Shown: one piece after another, positions 24,227 to 37,371 of the stretch
Layout: every line of letters starts with the position of its first letter
Position numbering within the stretch: the stretch's first letter is position 1
Source: Leucoraja ocellata
Taxonomy: Eukaryota
Length of the DNA: 64,000 bases
Reading direction: 5' to 3'
Assembly (NCBI GenBank): GCA_036785375.1
Contig: JAWMAR010000203.1
Span: 3,906,001 to 3,970,000 of the forward strand
Made by a program: the position numbers and the translations under genes
The notes under the pieces: model-generated
Databases searched by the model: none
What the model was told of the DNA's origin: nothing
What the model saw: only the letters and a program-made list of their open reading frames with translations

Positions 24227-27200
24227 TGACCATGTGGGTTTTCTCAGGGTGCTCCGGTTTCTTCAAATATTCCAAAGATGTACAATTTTGTTGGTTAATT
24301 GGTTTCTGTAAATTGTCCCTAGTGTGTCCCTAGTGGTAGTGTATGGTGTGATCGCTGGTCGGCATGGATACGGTGGGTTGAAGGCCTGTTTCTACACTGT
24401 ATCTCTAAAGTAAAGTAAGGTCTAAAGTCACTCAACATTTCCATCTGCAAGTCCTTACATATATATCCATGCCTCAAAAATCCATAATCCACCTCCCACT
24501 GATGCTTCTACCATGTGCAAGGTAGAATGCAACAGAATAATATTCAACGAGTTGATTGAATGATTAATTGAAAGAGGCAGCATGGAAACAGGCCCTTCAA
24601 CCCACCGAGTCCGTGCCGGCCATCGATCACCCCTTCATACTAGTTCTATGTTATCCATCCCACTTTCTTATCCACACCCTGCACACAAGGCTCAATATTT
24701 GCAGAAGCCAATTCACCTGCATTTGGGATGTGGGATGTGGGATGTGGGAGGAAACCGGAGCATCTGGAGGAAACCCAGGCAGTCATAAAGAGAACGTGCA
24801 AACTCCACACACAGACAACACCAGAGGACAGGATGGAATCTGGCCTCTCTGACACCACTCCTGACACATTTTGCTATATTTAAGAGGGAGTTAGATGTGG
24901 CCCTTGTGGCTAAAGGGATCAGGGGGTATGGAGAGAAGGCAGGTACAGGATACTGAATTGGATGATCAGTCATGATCATATTGACTGGCGGTGCAGGCTC
25001 GAAGGGCCGAATGGCCTACTCCTGCATCTATTTTCTATGTTTCTATGTTTCTATGTAACCTGGGACTTTGGTGTGGTGAGGTGGCTGCCTTTCTATTGAG
25101 TGGTAAGAGCAACTGAAATGGGCAAAATATTGAGTCTGTGCCAAACCACATTGTGCCACAACCGGTTTGTCTTCAATTCTTTCTTTATCTGCTGCCATCA
25201 CCTTGTAAAATGTTGTAAATCATCTTGGAACCTGCAAGTATAGGGTGACACAGTGGTGCAGCTGCTGGAGCCACTGCCTCATGGCACTAGAGACCCAAGT
25301 TTGGTTCTCACCTCTGTAGTGCCTGTGTGGAGTTTGCACGTTCTCTCTGTGCCCACATGGGTATCCATCAGGTGCTCCAATTCTCTCACAGATCCCAAAG
25401 ACGCATGATTTGTGGGTTAATTGGCCCCTGTAAAATTGCTCCCTAGTGTGCAGGGAGTGGATGAGAAAATGGGAGCACTAGTGTAAATAGGAGATTGATG
25501 GTCAGTGTGGACTCGGTGGGGTGAGTTGGACAAGGACACTCCCACTTCCCCCCTCTCCCATCAAGCAAGAGGTACTGAAGTGGGAAAACGCACACCTCCA
25601 GATTCAGGGACAGTATCTTCCCAGCTGTTATCGAGCAATGGAAACATCCTATCACTATCTATAGTGCAGCCCTGACCTCCCATCTACCCCCATTGGAGGC
25701 CCCTGCTCTACTTTTAATCAAACTTTATTGGACTTTACCTTGCACTAAACCTTATTCCCTTTATCCTGCAAATGTACACAGTGGATGGCTTCATTATAAT
25801 CATGTATAGCCTTTCTGCTCGCTGGTTAGCACGCAACAAAAGCTTTTTACTGTACCTCTGTACATGTGACAATAAACTATACTAACTATTTTGTGAATAT
25901 TTACTTTGTGATGAACTGTTAAGTTCCTGCAAACATTCTGTCTAAAGACTCAGTGGCGCAGCAGTAAAGATACTGCCTTACAGCACCGGAGACCCATGTT
26001 CCATCCTGACTACGGGTGCTGTCTGTATGGAGTTTGTACATTCTCCCTGTGATCTGTGTAGATTTTCTCCAGGTGCTCCGGTTTCCTCCCGCATTCTAAA
26101 GGTTTGTGGGTTTGGTAAAATTGTAAATAGTCTCTCGTGTGTAGGATAGTGTTAGTGTGCGGGGATCGTTGATCAACATGGACTCAGTGGGCTGAAGGGC
26201 CTGTATACTCGCTGTATCTATGAACTAAGCTAAACTTAAATGCTTTTAACAATTATCCATGTGTAAGAAAGAACTGCAGATGCTGGTTTAAACCAAGGAT
26301 AGAAACAAAATGCTGGAGTAACTCAGCGGGTCAGACAACATCTCTGGAGAGACACAAAAAACTGGAATATCTCCAGAGATGCTGCCTATCCCGCTGAGTT
26401 ACTCCAACTTTTTGTGTCTAACGAATATCCATGCCATTTCTTTCACCTCGTCTTGTATTTTTTTCGCCATTCGTTGAAAAGAGCCATTGAGAGTATTACA
26501 GGGTTTGCTGCCTGGTCCTTGGTAATGATACATACAATAAAGAGCCAGAAAGACAGGAAATGTTCTATTGTGGTCAGTCAGCCCAACAACCCTTGCCCGT
26601 ATTTCTACTCTGTTGTAACTTAGTCATAAAGCCCGAGTGGAAAAAGTGCCATTTTTGTGGTTAGTCTCAAACCTTGTGAAATGCTTAATCGACCCTGAGC
26701 AACAGGAACTGCAGATGCTTGTTTACAAAACCAAAACACAAAATGTGCTGGAGTAACTCAGTGGGTCAGGCAGCATCTCTGGAGAACATGGACAGGTGTC
26801 TGAAGAAGGGTTCCAACCCGAAATATCACCCATCCTTTTCCCCCAGAGATGTGGCTGAGCCGCTGAGTTAATCCAGCACTCTGTGTCTATCGCCGGTATA
26901 AACCAGCATCTGCAATTCCAACCTGCAAATGAATAGGTGATTTTTAGGGTTGGAACCCTTCTGCAGATTGATTTTGTGGAGCGGTGGGAGGGGAGAAAGC
27001 TGAAAGAGGAATCACAGATGCGGGAGCTATAAGAGAGTGTCTTTACTCAGAGAGTGGTAGCTGTGTGGAATGAGCTTCCAGTGAAGGTGGTGGAGGCAGG
27101 TTCGTTTTTATCATTTAAAAATAAATTGGATAGTTATATGGATGGGAAGGGAATGGAGGGTTATGGTCTGAGCGCAGGTATATGGGACTAGGGGAGATTA

Positions 27201-27596
27201 TGTGTTCGGCACGGACTAGAAGGGTCGAGATGGCCTGTTTCCGTGCTGAAATTGTTATATGGTTATATGGTTATAAGAGAGGGTCTCACAGAAGTCTCAT
27301 CAGAGAGAGGAGGAGAACTTCAAAGTAGGAAGGCCTTGAGGAGATTTTGCAATGGAAAAGTAAAATGCAGACACAGGGAACTACAGATGCTGGTTTACAA
27401 AAAAAGACACAAAGCACTGGAGTATCTCAGCGGGTCAGGCAGCATCTCTGGAAGACATGGATAGGCGATGTCTTCAGCTGTATAGCAATATACAGAGGTC
27501 CATTTTTAGCTTGTTTGGCATAGAAACATGGAAACATAGAAAATAGGTGCAGGAGGAGGCCATTTGGCCCTTCGAGCCAGCACCGCCATTCATTGT

Positions 27597-28561
27597 TCGA
27601 GGAGGAGCCATCTTGGAGGAACGGCTGCTAACCAGCTGCCGTCCGTTAAACTCGCTTTTTAAAAAAAAGTTTTTAGTTAGTCCTGTCTCGTCCGTTTGGA
27701 GAAATGGACTTTTTAATGTGGGGTGAAGGGGGCAATTTTATTTCTAGGTCCCTACCTGGTCGGTGAGGCAGCTCTTTCTCCGGGCTGCCCGTTGACCCGT
27801 CCTCGTGGCCTACCAGCGGGCTTGGAGCTCCGTTTCCTGGCGGCGACCGCCCAGCACCTCGGCCTCGGTGGCAGCACAGCGCTGGAGCGCTATTGCGGAG
27901 CGGAGCGGGCGATGCCTTGCCTGGGTCGCCGCGCTGGAGCGATGCGCTGGAGTTCCGGTGAGCTGAGACCACCGAGTTCAACACCTCCGGGCTGCGGATC
28001 TGCGGAGCGGTGCGGGCGGCGCCGATTTCAACATCGGGAGCCTGGGAGCTCCAAACCGGCGCAGCCTTGTCGGCTCCAGAAGCCGCGGTCTCCAGCTAGA
28101 AAGCGGACGTTCCAGGTGGCCCAGCCGCTGAGAGGACTCTCCCGACGCCGGGTCAACACAACCCGGTGAGAACGGCCAGGAACATCGGGCCTCCGTGGAG
28201 GCAACTGTGGTGGCCTCAATAGGCCTGACTTTGGGGTGAACTTGGGGTTGGGGACTGGACATTGTGTCTTCCCCCACAGTGGTGTCCATTGTGAGGGGAT
28301 GATTTTATTGTCTGTACGTAATCCTGTTAGTCTTTGTCCAAGATGGCTGCCGTGAAGGGAGAGTGGACGCTGGCGCGCTTTAGCTGCCGCTGCTCTCTCT
28401 TCACATTGTGTTTTTGATTTTCTGTTTTTGGACTGAATTCTGTTTTTAGTTTGTGTCTCTGTGATGTCTTTATTATTTATTTTACTCTGATTATATGTTT
28501 ATATTCCTGTTAATCTATGTAAGGTGGCCTTGAGATGTCTGAAAGGCGCCCAATAAATAAA

Positions 28562-28592
<31 letters not shown>
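27597..28592 (+). mobile_element. GC-rich non-autonomous retroposon with an L2-type 3' tail
   Basis: TSD attgt; tail tgtaagg..ccttgag..tgaaaggcgc..aataaataaa(ATT)n; splits a CR1 3' end. Confidence 0.72.
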
Positions 28593-28595
<3 letters not shown>

Positions 28596-31500
28596 GTGAT
28601 CATGGCTGATCATCTTGCAAACATAGCACAAACACTTTTTATGACTGACTTTAAAATTGATTGATTGATTTATTGAAAGGTACAGCGTGGAAATAGGCCT
28701 TTCGGCCCATCGAGTCCACGCCGACCATCGATCACCCATTCACATTAGGTCCTGTTATGGGAAGACGAAAATGCTGGAGACACTCAGCGGGTGAGGCAGC
28801 ATCTATGGAGCAAAGGAAATAGGCAACGTTTCGGGTCGAGACCCTTTTTCAGGCCCAAAACATTGCCAATTTCCTTTGCTCCTAGATGCTGCCTCACCTG
28901 CTGAGATTCTCCAGCATTTTTGTCTACCTTTGATTTTCCAGCATCTGCAGTTCCTTCTTAAACAGGTCTTTGTTACGGGTATTTTTAAAGCAGAGAATGA
29001 CAGGTTCTTGTTCTTGAATCAACGGTTATTGGGAGAAGGCTGGAGAATGGGGTCGAGGGAAAACTAGATCGGGCATGATCAAATGGCGGAGCAAACTTGA
29101 TGGGCCGAATGGCCTAGTTATACCACTTTCCCCATTCACTACACACTAGGGAGCAATTTACAGAGGCAAAGTAACCTACAAACCTGCACGGCTTTAGGAT
29201 GTGGGAGGTAACCGTAGCACTCAGAGGAAATCCATGGTCACATAGAGAATGTACAAACTCAACACAGACAGCACCTGAAGTCAGGATTGAACCCTGGTCC
29301 ATGGGGCTGTGAGGCAGTCGTTCTACCAGTTGTGCCACTGTGCCACACAAATTAAACACTGTGAAGTTGTCAATGTAGCTTTGGTGGCAGCTCAGATAAT
29401 TAACCCTGTAATGTCACTTATTCTGTTGAATCTGCTGTTCCTTAGGTGACTTACAGTTCATGTTCTAACCTACATTCTGAATCATGATGGATAGGCACTA
29501 TCAAGGCCCAAAATGCCAACCTCAGATTTTCAACAGAGCAGAAGAACCCTTCCAAGATTAGAGATGCATAAAACTATAATTGGACAAACTTGGATTGTTT
29601 TTTCTGGACCACCAGAGGCTGAGGGGAAACCTGATAGAAGTAGATGATGGTCTGAGAGGCAGAGATGGGGTAGACAGTCAGAATCTTGTCTCAGAGTAGA
29701 AATATAAAATACTAGAAAGGCTATAGTTTTAATGTGAGAGGGACAAACGACAACAGGCTTTTATGGCCAAGTTAAGACACTATCATTTTTGACAATTCAC
29801 AGTTTCTGTTTCGTCCCAGCTGTTATCAGGTGACTGAACCGTCCTCTCACTAACTAGAGAGTGGTCCTGTGGTACCATCAACCTCATTGGAGACCCTTGG
29901 ACCATCTTTAAACTGACTTTACTGGACTTTATCTTGCACTAAACATTATAGCCTTTATCCTGTATCTGTGCACTGTGGATGGCTTGATATAGCTTTTCAC
30001 AGCTATAATCATGCATAGTTTTTCCGCTGACTGGCTAGCATGCAAGGAAAGCTTTTTACTGTATGTGTACGTATGACAATAATTAACTTGGCTAAACGGT
30101 GATCTTGAACGATACAGGATGGCGCCAGAAACATGCCGACTCTTGTGCACTGACTCAGTGCAATATTCTTACACTCTTGAACTGAAGCATGAACGTGCTG
30201 ATATATAGTAAGATTTTTACTGAACCTCTGACAAAAGTTTAAGGGAGATATGCGGGGCTGGGTTTTGTTTTATGCAGAGGGTAATGGGTGCGCGGAACAT
30301 GCTGCCGGGGGTGGTGGTGGAGGCAGGTGCAATAGTGGCATTTAAGATACAATTAATGGGAATACCGGTATTTACATAGGCACATGGACATGCAACAAGA
30401 GAAGGGATATGGATTACATGTAGGCTAAGGAGATTAGTTTACCTTGGCATCATGTTCTGCACAGACATTGTGGGCTGAAGGGCCTGTTCTCGTGCTGTAC
30501 TGATCTGTGTTCTGTTATTGATATTTAGGTTAAAATTATTAGACAAAAATGTTTAGACAGGCACATGGATACACAGGGAATGGACAAGTATGGATTATGT
30601 GCAGGTTGATAACAGAGTGTTTTTGCATCATGTTTTTAGCACACTTTACCCATCCTTTTGATATGATCAAAGGAAACAATAATAGTCATGAAGACTTTTA
30701 GATGTTGATGCATCAACGTCTGACACAATTAAGAGAAACAACAGAGTCCATGTTGACCTAATTAAGATGGTCACCTGACCAAGACAAACACATTGTTGGT
30801 TTTGACCTAATTCAGACTCTCCAGTTACTTGGCCTGATAGATGTAGTTCAACAATTACACATGAAGATGGTGTCAACATCAAACAGTGGGAATGCTAGAG
30901 GCCCATTAATTAGCAACTCACTAAACTGGAGGTACAGCACCTCATATTCCGCTTGGGTAACTTACAACCTAGAAAGTGCTGGAGTAAGTCAGCGGGTCAG
31001 GCAGCATCTCGAGTACATGGATAGGCAATGTTTCGTGTCGGGACCCATCTTTGGACTGAACCGTATGAAAATTGAATCTCCAATTTTATTAAATACTTTC
31101 CTCCTCTCTCCCTTTCTTGTTCTCTCCACCCTAGTGCACACTTATCTTTCCACAATCTCTTCCTATCTCCCCCCCCCCCCGCACACTCGCCTCTTCCACC
31201 CACATCACTCCCTGACTGTATATTTCACTCCTCCTCTTCTCTCCTTATCTGACATCCTTTTGTCTCTTTTTCATCCAGCCTTTATCTTTTATTCAACCTA
31301 TTTGCTAATCAACCTCGCCCACCATCACTTGTGTCCACCTATCACTTACCAGGCTTTGTCCTACTCCCACCTCTCTTTTCTAGCTTGTTCAAGAAGGAAC
31401 TGCAGAAGCTAGAAAAGAGAAGGTAGACAAAAATGCTGGCAAAACTCAGCGGGTGCGGCAGCATCTACGGAGCGAAGGAAATAGGCAACATTTCGGGGCG

Positions 31501-32710
31501 AAACTCTTCTTCGTACAGCCTGAAGAATGGTTTTGGCCCGAAACGTTGCCTATTTCCTTCGCTCCATAGATGCTGCTGCACCCGCTGAGTTTCTCCAACA
31601 TTTTTGTCTCTTTTCTAGCTTTCTCCCACAGTTGCTTCCTAACCCGCTGAGTTACTCAAGCACTTTATGATTTACTGTAGACATAACAATACAGCTATCT
31701 CCAAATATACAACAAGATTGCTTGACAACAGGTAGGGATCCTTCAAAATTGCATTTAAAGTGGATTCAACCCTCTTCCATCAGGTAAGAAGTACAGAAGC
31801 TGGAAAACGCAAGCCTCCAAATTCAGGGACAGTTTCTTTCCAGCTATTAGCAGGCAACTGAACCATCCTATCACCAATTGGAGAGTGGTCCTGATCTACC
31901 ACATTGGAAACTGTCAGACTCTCCTTAATTGGACTTTACAGGACTTTAGATTAGTTTGGAGCAACAGCATGGAAACAGGCCCATCGGCCACCGAATCTGC
32001 GCCAGTCAACAAAAGTATACGAGTTCTATCCAATTCGTTCGGGCCAATTTCCAGAAGCCAATTAACCACCAGACTGCACGTCTTTGGAATGTGGGAGGAA
32101 ACTGGAACGCCCTTAGAAAACCCTTGCAGTCACACGGAGAACATACAAACACCGTACAGATAGAACCCGTAGTCAGGACCGAACCCGTGTCTCTGGCATT
32201 GTAAGGCGGCAACTCTACAGCTGTGCCATCGTGCCGCCCAGATCTTGCACTACATGTCATTCCCTTTACCCTGTGGAAGGCTTGATTGGAATCATGTATT
32301 GTCATTCCGCTGACTGGTTAGCACACAATAAAAAATGCTTTTAACTGTACCTCGGTACACGTGACAATAATCTAAACTAAAGTGAACTAAGCTGGGTGGA
32401 GATGTTCATGGGCAGGATGTGGTGGGAGCAGAGAGTGATTGCAAAATATGAGTAAATATCACCATGTTTGCTTCTGCGTAATTTATTGTAATGGCTTGCG
32501 CATGTTTTGAAGCAGTGGTCTGGAATTGATCTGACCTCAGATGTGACCAACTAGAGATACAGTGGTAAACAGAACAAAGTATTGCCGTGTTAGATTCCAC
32601 GATCTATTGCTCCAGTTTTCTCCGGTGTCAGGTAAAAGCGAAAATTATCCCCACAATCTAATTCCCTGCATTAACCACTCTGACAAGAAAACTCCATTAA
32701 AAAAAGAAAG

Positions 32711-33580
32711 ATTTTTCCAAAATTTGAGTATAAGCTTTTTTCCCATTATTAGCCCGTAATTAAGTAAGTTCTTTTGAAACACGTTTAATTCGGGGTTACC
32801 TTCCGATATTCCAAAAATGATCCATTCTGCTTTTGGTACAAGTTTTATTTTAAATAATTTTGTGAAGATTTCAAATATTTTGTTCCAGAATTTTTGGATT
32901 TTTATACAGAAAACAAAAGAGTGCGCTATGGTAGCTTCTTGTGACTGACATTTATCACAAATGGGTGAGACATTGGGGAAAAGTTTATTTATTTTAGTTT
33001 TTGAATAATATAATCTATGTAATGTTTTATATTGAATTAGAGTATGTCTAATAAAAATGTGGATTTCAAACATGTTCGAAACACTACACTTGGAAGAGAT
33101 GAGACTCCTCCTAGCAGGCAAAGCAGATCACTTCCAAAAGACGTGGTCTGCATTTACGGAACTATTACAAGCATAAGGTGCAATAGTAATTTAAAATATA
33201 AATGGTACCAGGATCTGGTAACGGGGGGTATAAAATAAATTTAAAAGAAACACGGTTGGTATATCCTTTTTTGCGGAGTTTTGTGTTACAATAGAGCGAT
33301 TGTTTTTCCTTTTTTTTCCTTTTCTTTCTAGGGTCTATTTCCTTTCTTTACTTCCTTCTCTAACTTCTTCCCTAAGGGGCTTTCCTGCACCTTCACGATT
33401 CTTGCTCACTTTCCTTACTTCTTTTATTTCTACTTTTTTTAAAGCTCGAAAAACGAAGTGGTACAACAAATGTAATAAGATATATGCGATGTATTAATGT
33501 AATTTACTGTACTTCTAATAAAAATAAAATAAAAATAAATAATAAATAAATAAATAAATAAAGAATAATTTTAAAAAAAA
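32711..33580 (+). mobile_element. L1-clade LINE 3' end with a 5' inversion
   Basis: The Cys-rich ORF2 end is on the minus strand (to ...LILKFWKN). Its continuation IKMWISNMFETLHLEE is on the plus strand from ~33050, followed by an A-rich tail. Confidence 0.85.
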
Positions 33581-34062
33581 AGCAACTGTGACACAAGTAA
33601 CTGTGGTCTGCAAGATGATTGAATCTGGAACAAAACACAATGTGCTGGAGGAACTCAGCAGGACAGGCAGCGTATGGATCAAGACCCTTCTTCAGATTAG
33701 TTGTAGTGGGGATGGGAGAGAAAGATGGAAAAGAGAGGTGGGGTGGGGGGGGGGGGGGGAAGTGGAATTTAGACTTTAAGACCTTTAGACTTTAGACATT
33801 GAAAGGAGACAAAAGAGTGTCAGGTATGGAGAACAAAGGAGTGAAATGTGAAGCCCAGGTTGAGGGTGGAAGGATGATGGGTGTGGTGGGTAGATGGAAA
33901 CCGATAGGGGAATAGTAGGAGAAATGGGTGCTCGCTGGGACGGGGGGGAAAGGGGTAAACGAGTAAAAGGTGGAAAGGGAAGGGCACAGGAAAATGAAGG
34001 GGGGGGGGCGGTGCTGGGGAAGGACTTTATAACTTACAATTGGAGGATTCAAAGTTCATACT

Positions 34063-34845
34063 AGATAGATAGATAGCCTTTTATTGTCATTCAGACCGAA
34101 GTCTGAACGAAATTGCAGCAGTCATACATACAATACCATACAATAAAACAACAATAAACACACATTAACATCCACCACAGTGAGTCCACCCAGCATCTCC
34201 TCACTGTGATGGAGGCAAAAGTCTTAGGTTGCAGTCTCTTCCCTCCTCTTCTCCCTCTGCGCTGGGGCGATACCCCCCCCCCCGGGCGATGTTAAGAACA
34301 GTCCCGCCGCTCAAACACCGCGGCCCGGGGTGGTTGAAGCTGCCGCCCACCAGTTCTGCAGAAGCAGCTGCTGGCCCGCGGCCGAACCCCGGACTCAGGC
34401 CACCGCCGCCAGAACACCGTCCCAGCCACCCTCACGTGAGTACCGTACCATCTTCAGCCTCGGGCTGGGCCGCCCCGACTTGGGCGCCGAACCTCCCCCG
34501 GACCGGGCCGCCCCGACTTGGGCGTCGCTTCTCCCCCGGACCGGGCCGCCCCGACTTGGGCGCCGAACCTCCCTCGGGCTGCCAGCGCCGTACCTTCCCG
34601 AGCTCGGCCGCTCCGACGGGAGCCTCGTTCCACCCTCGGGCTGGCCGCCCTCACGGGAGCGTCCCAACCTCTTCCAGCCCTGAGCCGGACCACCCTCACG
34701 GGAGCGAGCTCAGAGCAAGTCCTGACGGTGCTCTGCCTCCGGAGCCTCGAGGTCGTCAGCTCCATTAGGCCTCAGCACAGACGGAGGCAGAGAAGGGGAA
34801 TACGACAAAAAGGTCGTATTCCCCGGCAGGGAGAGACTGCAAACC
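34063..34845 (-). mobile_element. GC-rich non-autonomous retroposon with a Rex1-like tail and ~39-bp internal tandem repeats
   Basis: TSD catact; tail aatttcgttcag...gaatgacaataaa(CTAT)n; inserted in a Penelope remnant. Confidence 0.72.
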
Positions 34846-35489
34846 CATACTGTTGGGTTGTCAGCTTCCCAAGTGGAATATGTTCCTCCAGTTTGATTTT
34901 ACATAACCTGTGAAAATGCAGAGTTGCCCAGGTAATCTTGAATCATTCGAATTCACTCGCCCAGAGGGTCATGGACGGTCAATAACTGAGTGTATCCGGC
35001 AAGATGGGGCTGAGGTTAATGATGGCCAAAGATCTTCTTCAGTGGAGGACCAGGCACAAGCGATGAATGGCCATCTCATCCTTCTGATCTTTTCCTTGTT
35101 CCTTCTTAATCAAAGGGGGGACTGTAATGAATATTTTAAAATCTAAAATATATTTATTAATTGGATTGGGAGGGTGTTTAAGCCTCTGGGCCAATTGCAG
35201 GCTTATGGGACTAACCCAATATGTCAAGTTGATCGGAATGTACAAGATGGGCCAAATGGCCTATTTCCACTCTATGACTTTAATGGACTATAATTTAAAA
35301 ATACAACAGAATGAAGAATGTAAAGTTCCAATTCATTCATTTAACAACATGCATGTTAAGAATTTAAAGTATCAATAATCTGTCAGACTAATAATGTTGG
35401 ACTAACTCAGCAAGTCGGGCAGCATCTCTGGAGAAGGACAGACAATGTTTCGGATCAGGACACTCCTTCAGACTGAGAAAGAGTCAAGC

Positions 35490-36345
35490 TGTAATTCCGG
35501 TTCCTAAACTGACCCCCCTTAGTCAAACACTGAAAATGAGCACTGGAAATTTATTGCACAATACCAATACCAATACAATACCTAATCCAATACCATGGGT
35601 CCGATCCTTGTCTCTAATTTTCAAGCCCAACAGCCTTGCGCAAATAGAACAAACCACAGAAGATCAGCACACCCCAATATGCTCTCCCCTCTTTTATACC
35701 TTTATAGACTCTTGGCACGAAGGGGAGGGGGGGGGGGCAACCATGACAAGCCAATTATCGATAAGGGTTACAAAATACATTGAATGACAGTTCCCTAACC
35801 CAATCACATAAAATATCACATAACATAGTTTCAATGCAAGGTAGACAAAATTGCTGGAGAAACTCAGCGGGTGTGGCAGTATCTATGGTGCGAAGGAAAT
35901 AGGCAACGTTTCGGGCTGAAACCCTGAAACATTGCCTATTTCCTTCGCTCCATAGCTGCTGCCGCACCCGCTGAGTTTCTCCAGCAATTTTGACTACCTT
36001 CGATTTTCCAGCATCTGCAGTTCCTTCTTGAACATAGTTTCAATACAAAGCACTTTAGTGGAAAACAATTCTGTTAGGTAAAGAAACATTCTCCCAGGTA
36101 AAGTAAACATCTTGGGTAAGGCCCCTCTCCTGGACCAATCATAATTAGCGGCGGGAAGACTCTGCAACATTCTTGTAACCCATTATTTCCCCAACCAATC
36201 CCAAGCATGCATTTGCAACAGGACCTAGCTCCTTCTGCAAAATCTCATACGTATTACCAATTAAAGGCCATCTGGACATCAACCTCTATTCAACCCCTTT
36301 CCAGGCAACAGACTCTCTGGAGCCATGATCCTCATAGTCTTTACA
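35490..36345 (-). mobile_element. Probable solo LTR, interrupted by a short Penelope-derived element (~35840-36030)
   Basis: TGTAA...TTACA termini, TATAAAAG (35698-35691) and then AATAAA (35555-35550) on the minus strand. No clear TSD. The inner insert is flanked by aacatagtttcaat repeats. Confidence 0.55.
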
Positions 36346-37224
36346 GACTTTGCAAAAGAAGACAAGCAGTTTTTACAGAAGCAGAAATCCTCCATTTTGT
36401 CAGGCACACAAAATGCCTGATATTATCAAAGCAACATCTCTGGAGGACATGGATGGGTGATGTTTTAGGGCAAGACCCATCTTCAGTGTGACCCTGCTCT
36501 AGATAGATACAAAGTGCTGGGGTAACTGAGCGGGTCTCTGGAACAACAAAAAGGTGATGTTTTGGGTCGGAACCCTTCTTCTGAAAGTAGAGATGTGGGC
36601 CTCATTGGTTTGGCAGCCAACATAATCAAAGACTTGCCCCACCCCGGCATTCCTTTTTCTCCCTGCTCCCCAGGCAGAAGGTACAGAAGCTTGAAAATGC
36701 ACACCAACAGATTCAGGAACAGCTTCTTCCCCTCCGTTATCGGGCTTCCGAACGGTCCTTTCATAAGCTAGGGTACTGTCCAATTCACCTCTATCCCATT
36801 GCGGACATTGGACTGATGCGCTACAATGCTGAGAACTATATTCTGCACTCTGTATCTTCCCCTTTGCTCTACCTCTTGTATTTGACTTCATTGTATTTAC
36901 TGGTGTATGTATAGTAATATCTGATTTGATTGGATAGCATGCAAAACAAAGCTTTTCACTGTACCTCACTACACACGGCAATAATAAAGCTAAACATTTG
37001 GAACTCTGAGAAGGCGATCAAGGCCGAGTCAGATCAATTGGTTTTGAGCTCAAGGAAAGTAATTGAATAGAGAATTAAGTTTCAGAAGCCGTGCTACAGC
37101 CTCTAGTTTCTGTTTCTTATATTCTACGTATATTGTTTGCGAGAAGAGTGTGTGGTTTTATGATAATTATCAGTTTGTGGTCTCGTTGAAGAGGGACAAT
37201 TTATTACTCTGGGTTATGGGCTCT

Positions 37225-37371
37225 TCATAAATTATTTTTATCTTTGACCTTTAAGACGGCATATTCTGTTTCTTGGGATTGCTCGGTCCATCTCAATTGC
37301 TGTCTTCGCTGTCCCTTGTTGAAATAAACAGGCGCATAATGCAGATTTTCATTGTTTATTGAAACATTATC
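37225..37371 (-). CDS. Exon 6, terminal cytoplasmic exon DNVSINNENLHYAPVYFNKGQRRQQLRWTEQSQETEYAVLKVKDKNNL*
   Basis: Strong acceptor ttgttatttttctgttacag|, phase 0. Contains LHYAPV (ITIM) and TEYAVL (ITSM-like). AATAAA at 37205-37200. Confidence 0.85.
   Translation of the reverse strand, partial: DNVSINNENLHYAPVYFNKGQRRQQLRWTEQSQETEYAVLKVKDKNNL

Noticed and set aside
26446-26516. Possible minus-strand 71-nt exon (phase 1 to 0)
   Set aside because: Weak splice sites, and no associated Ig or TM exons.
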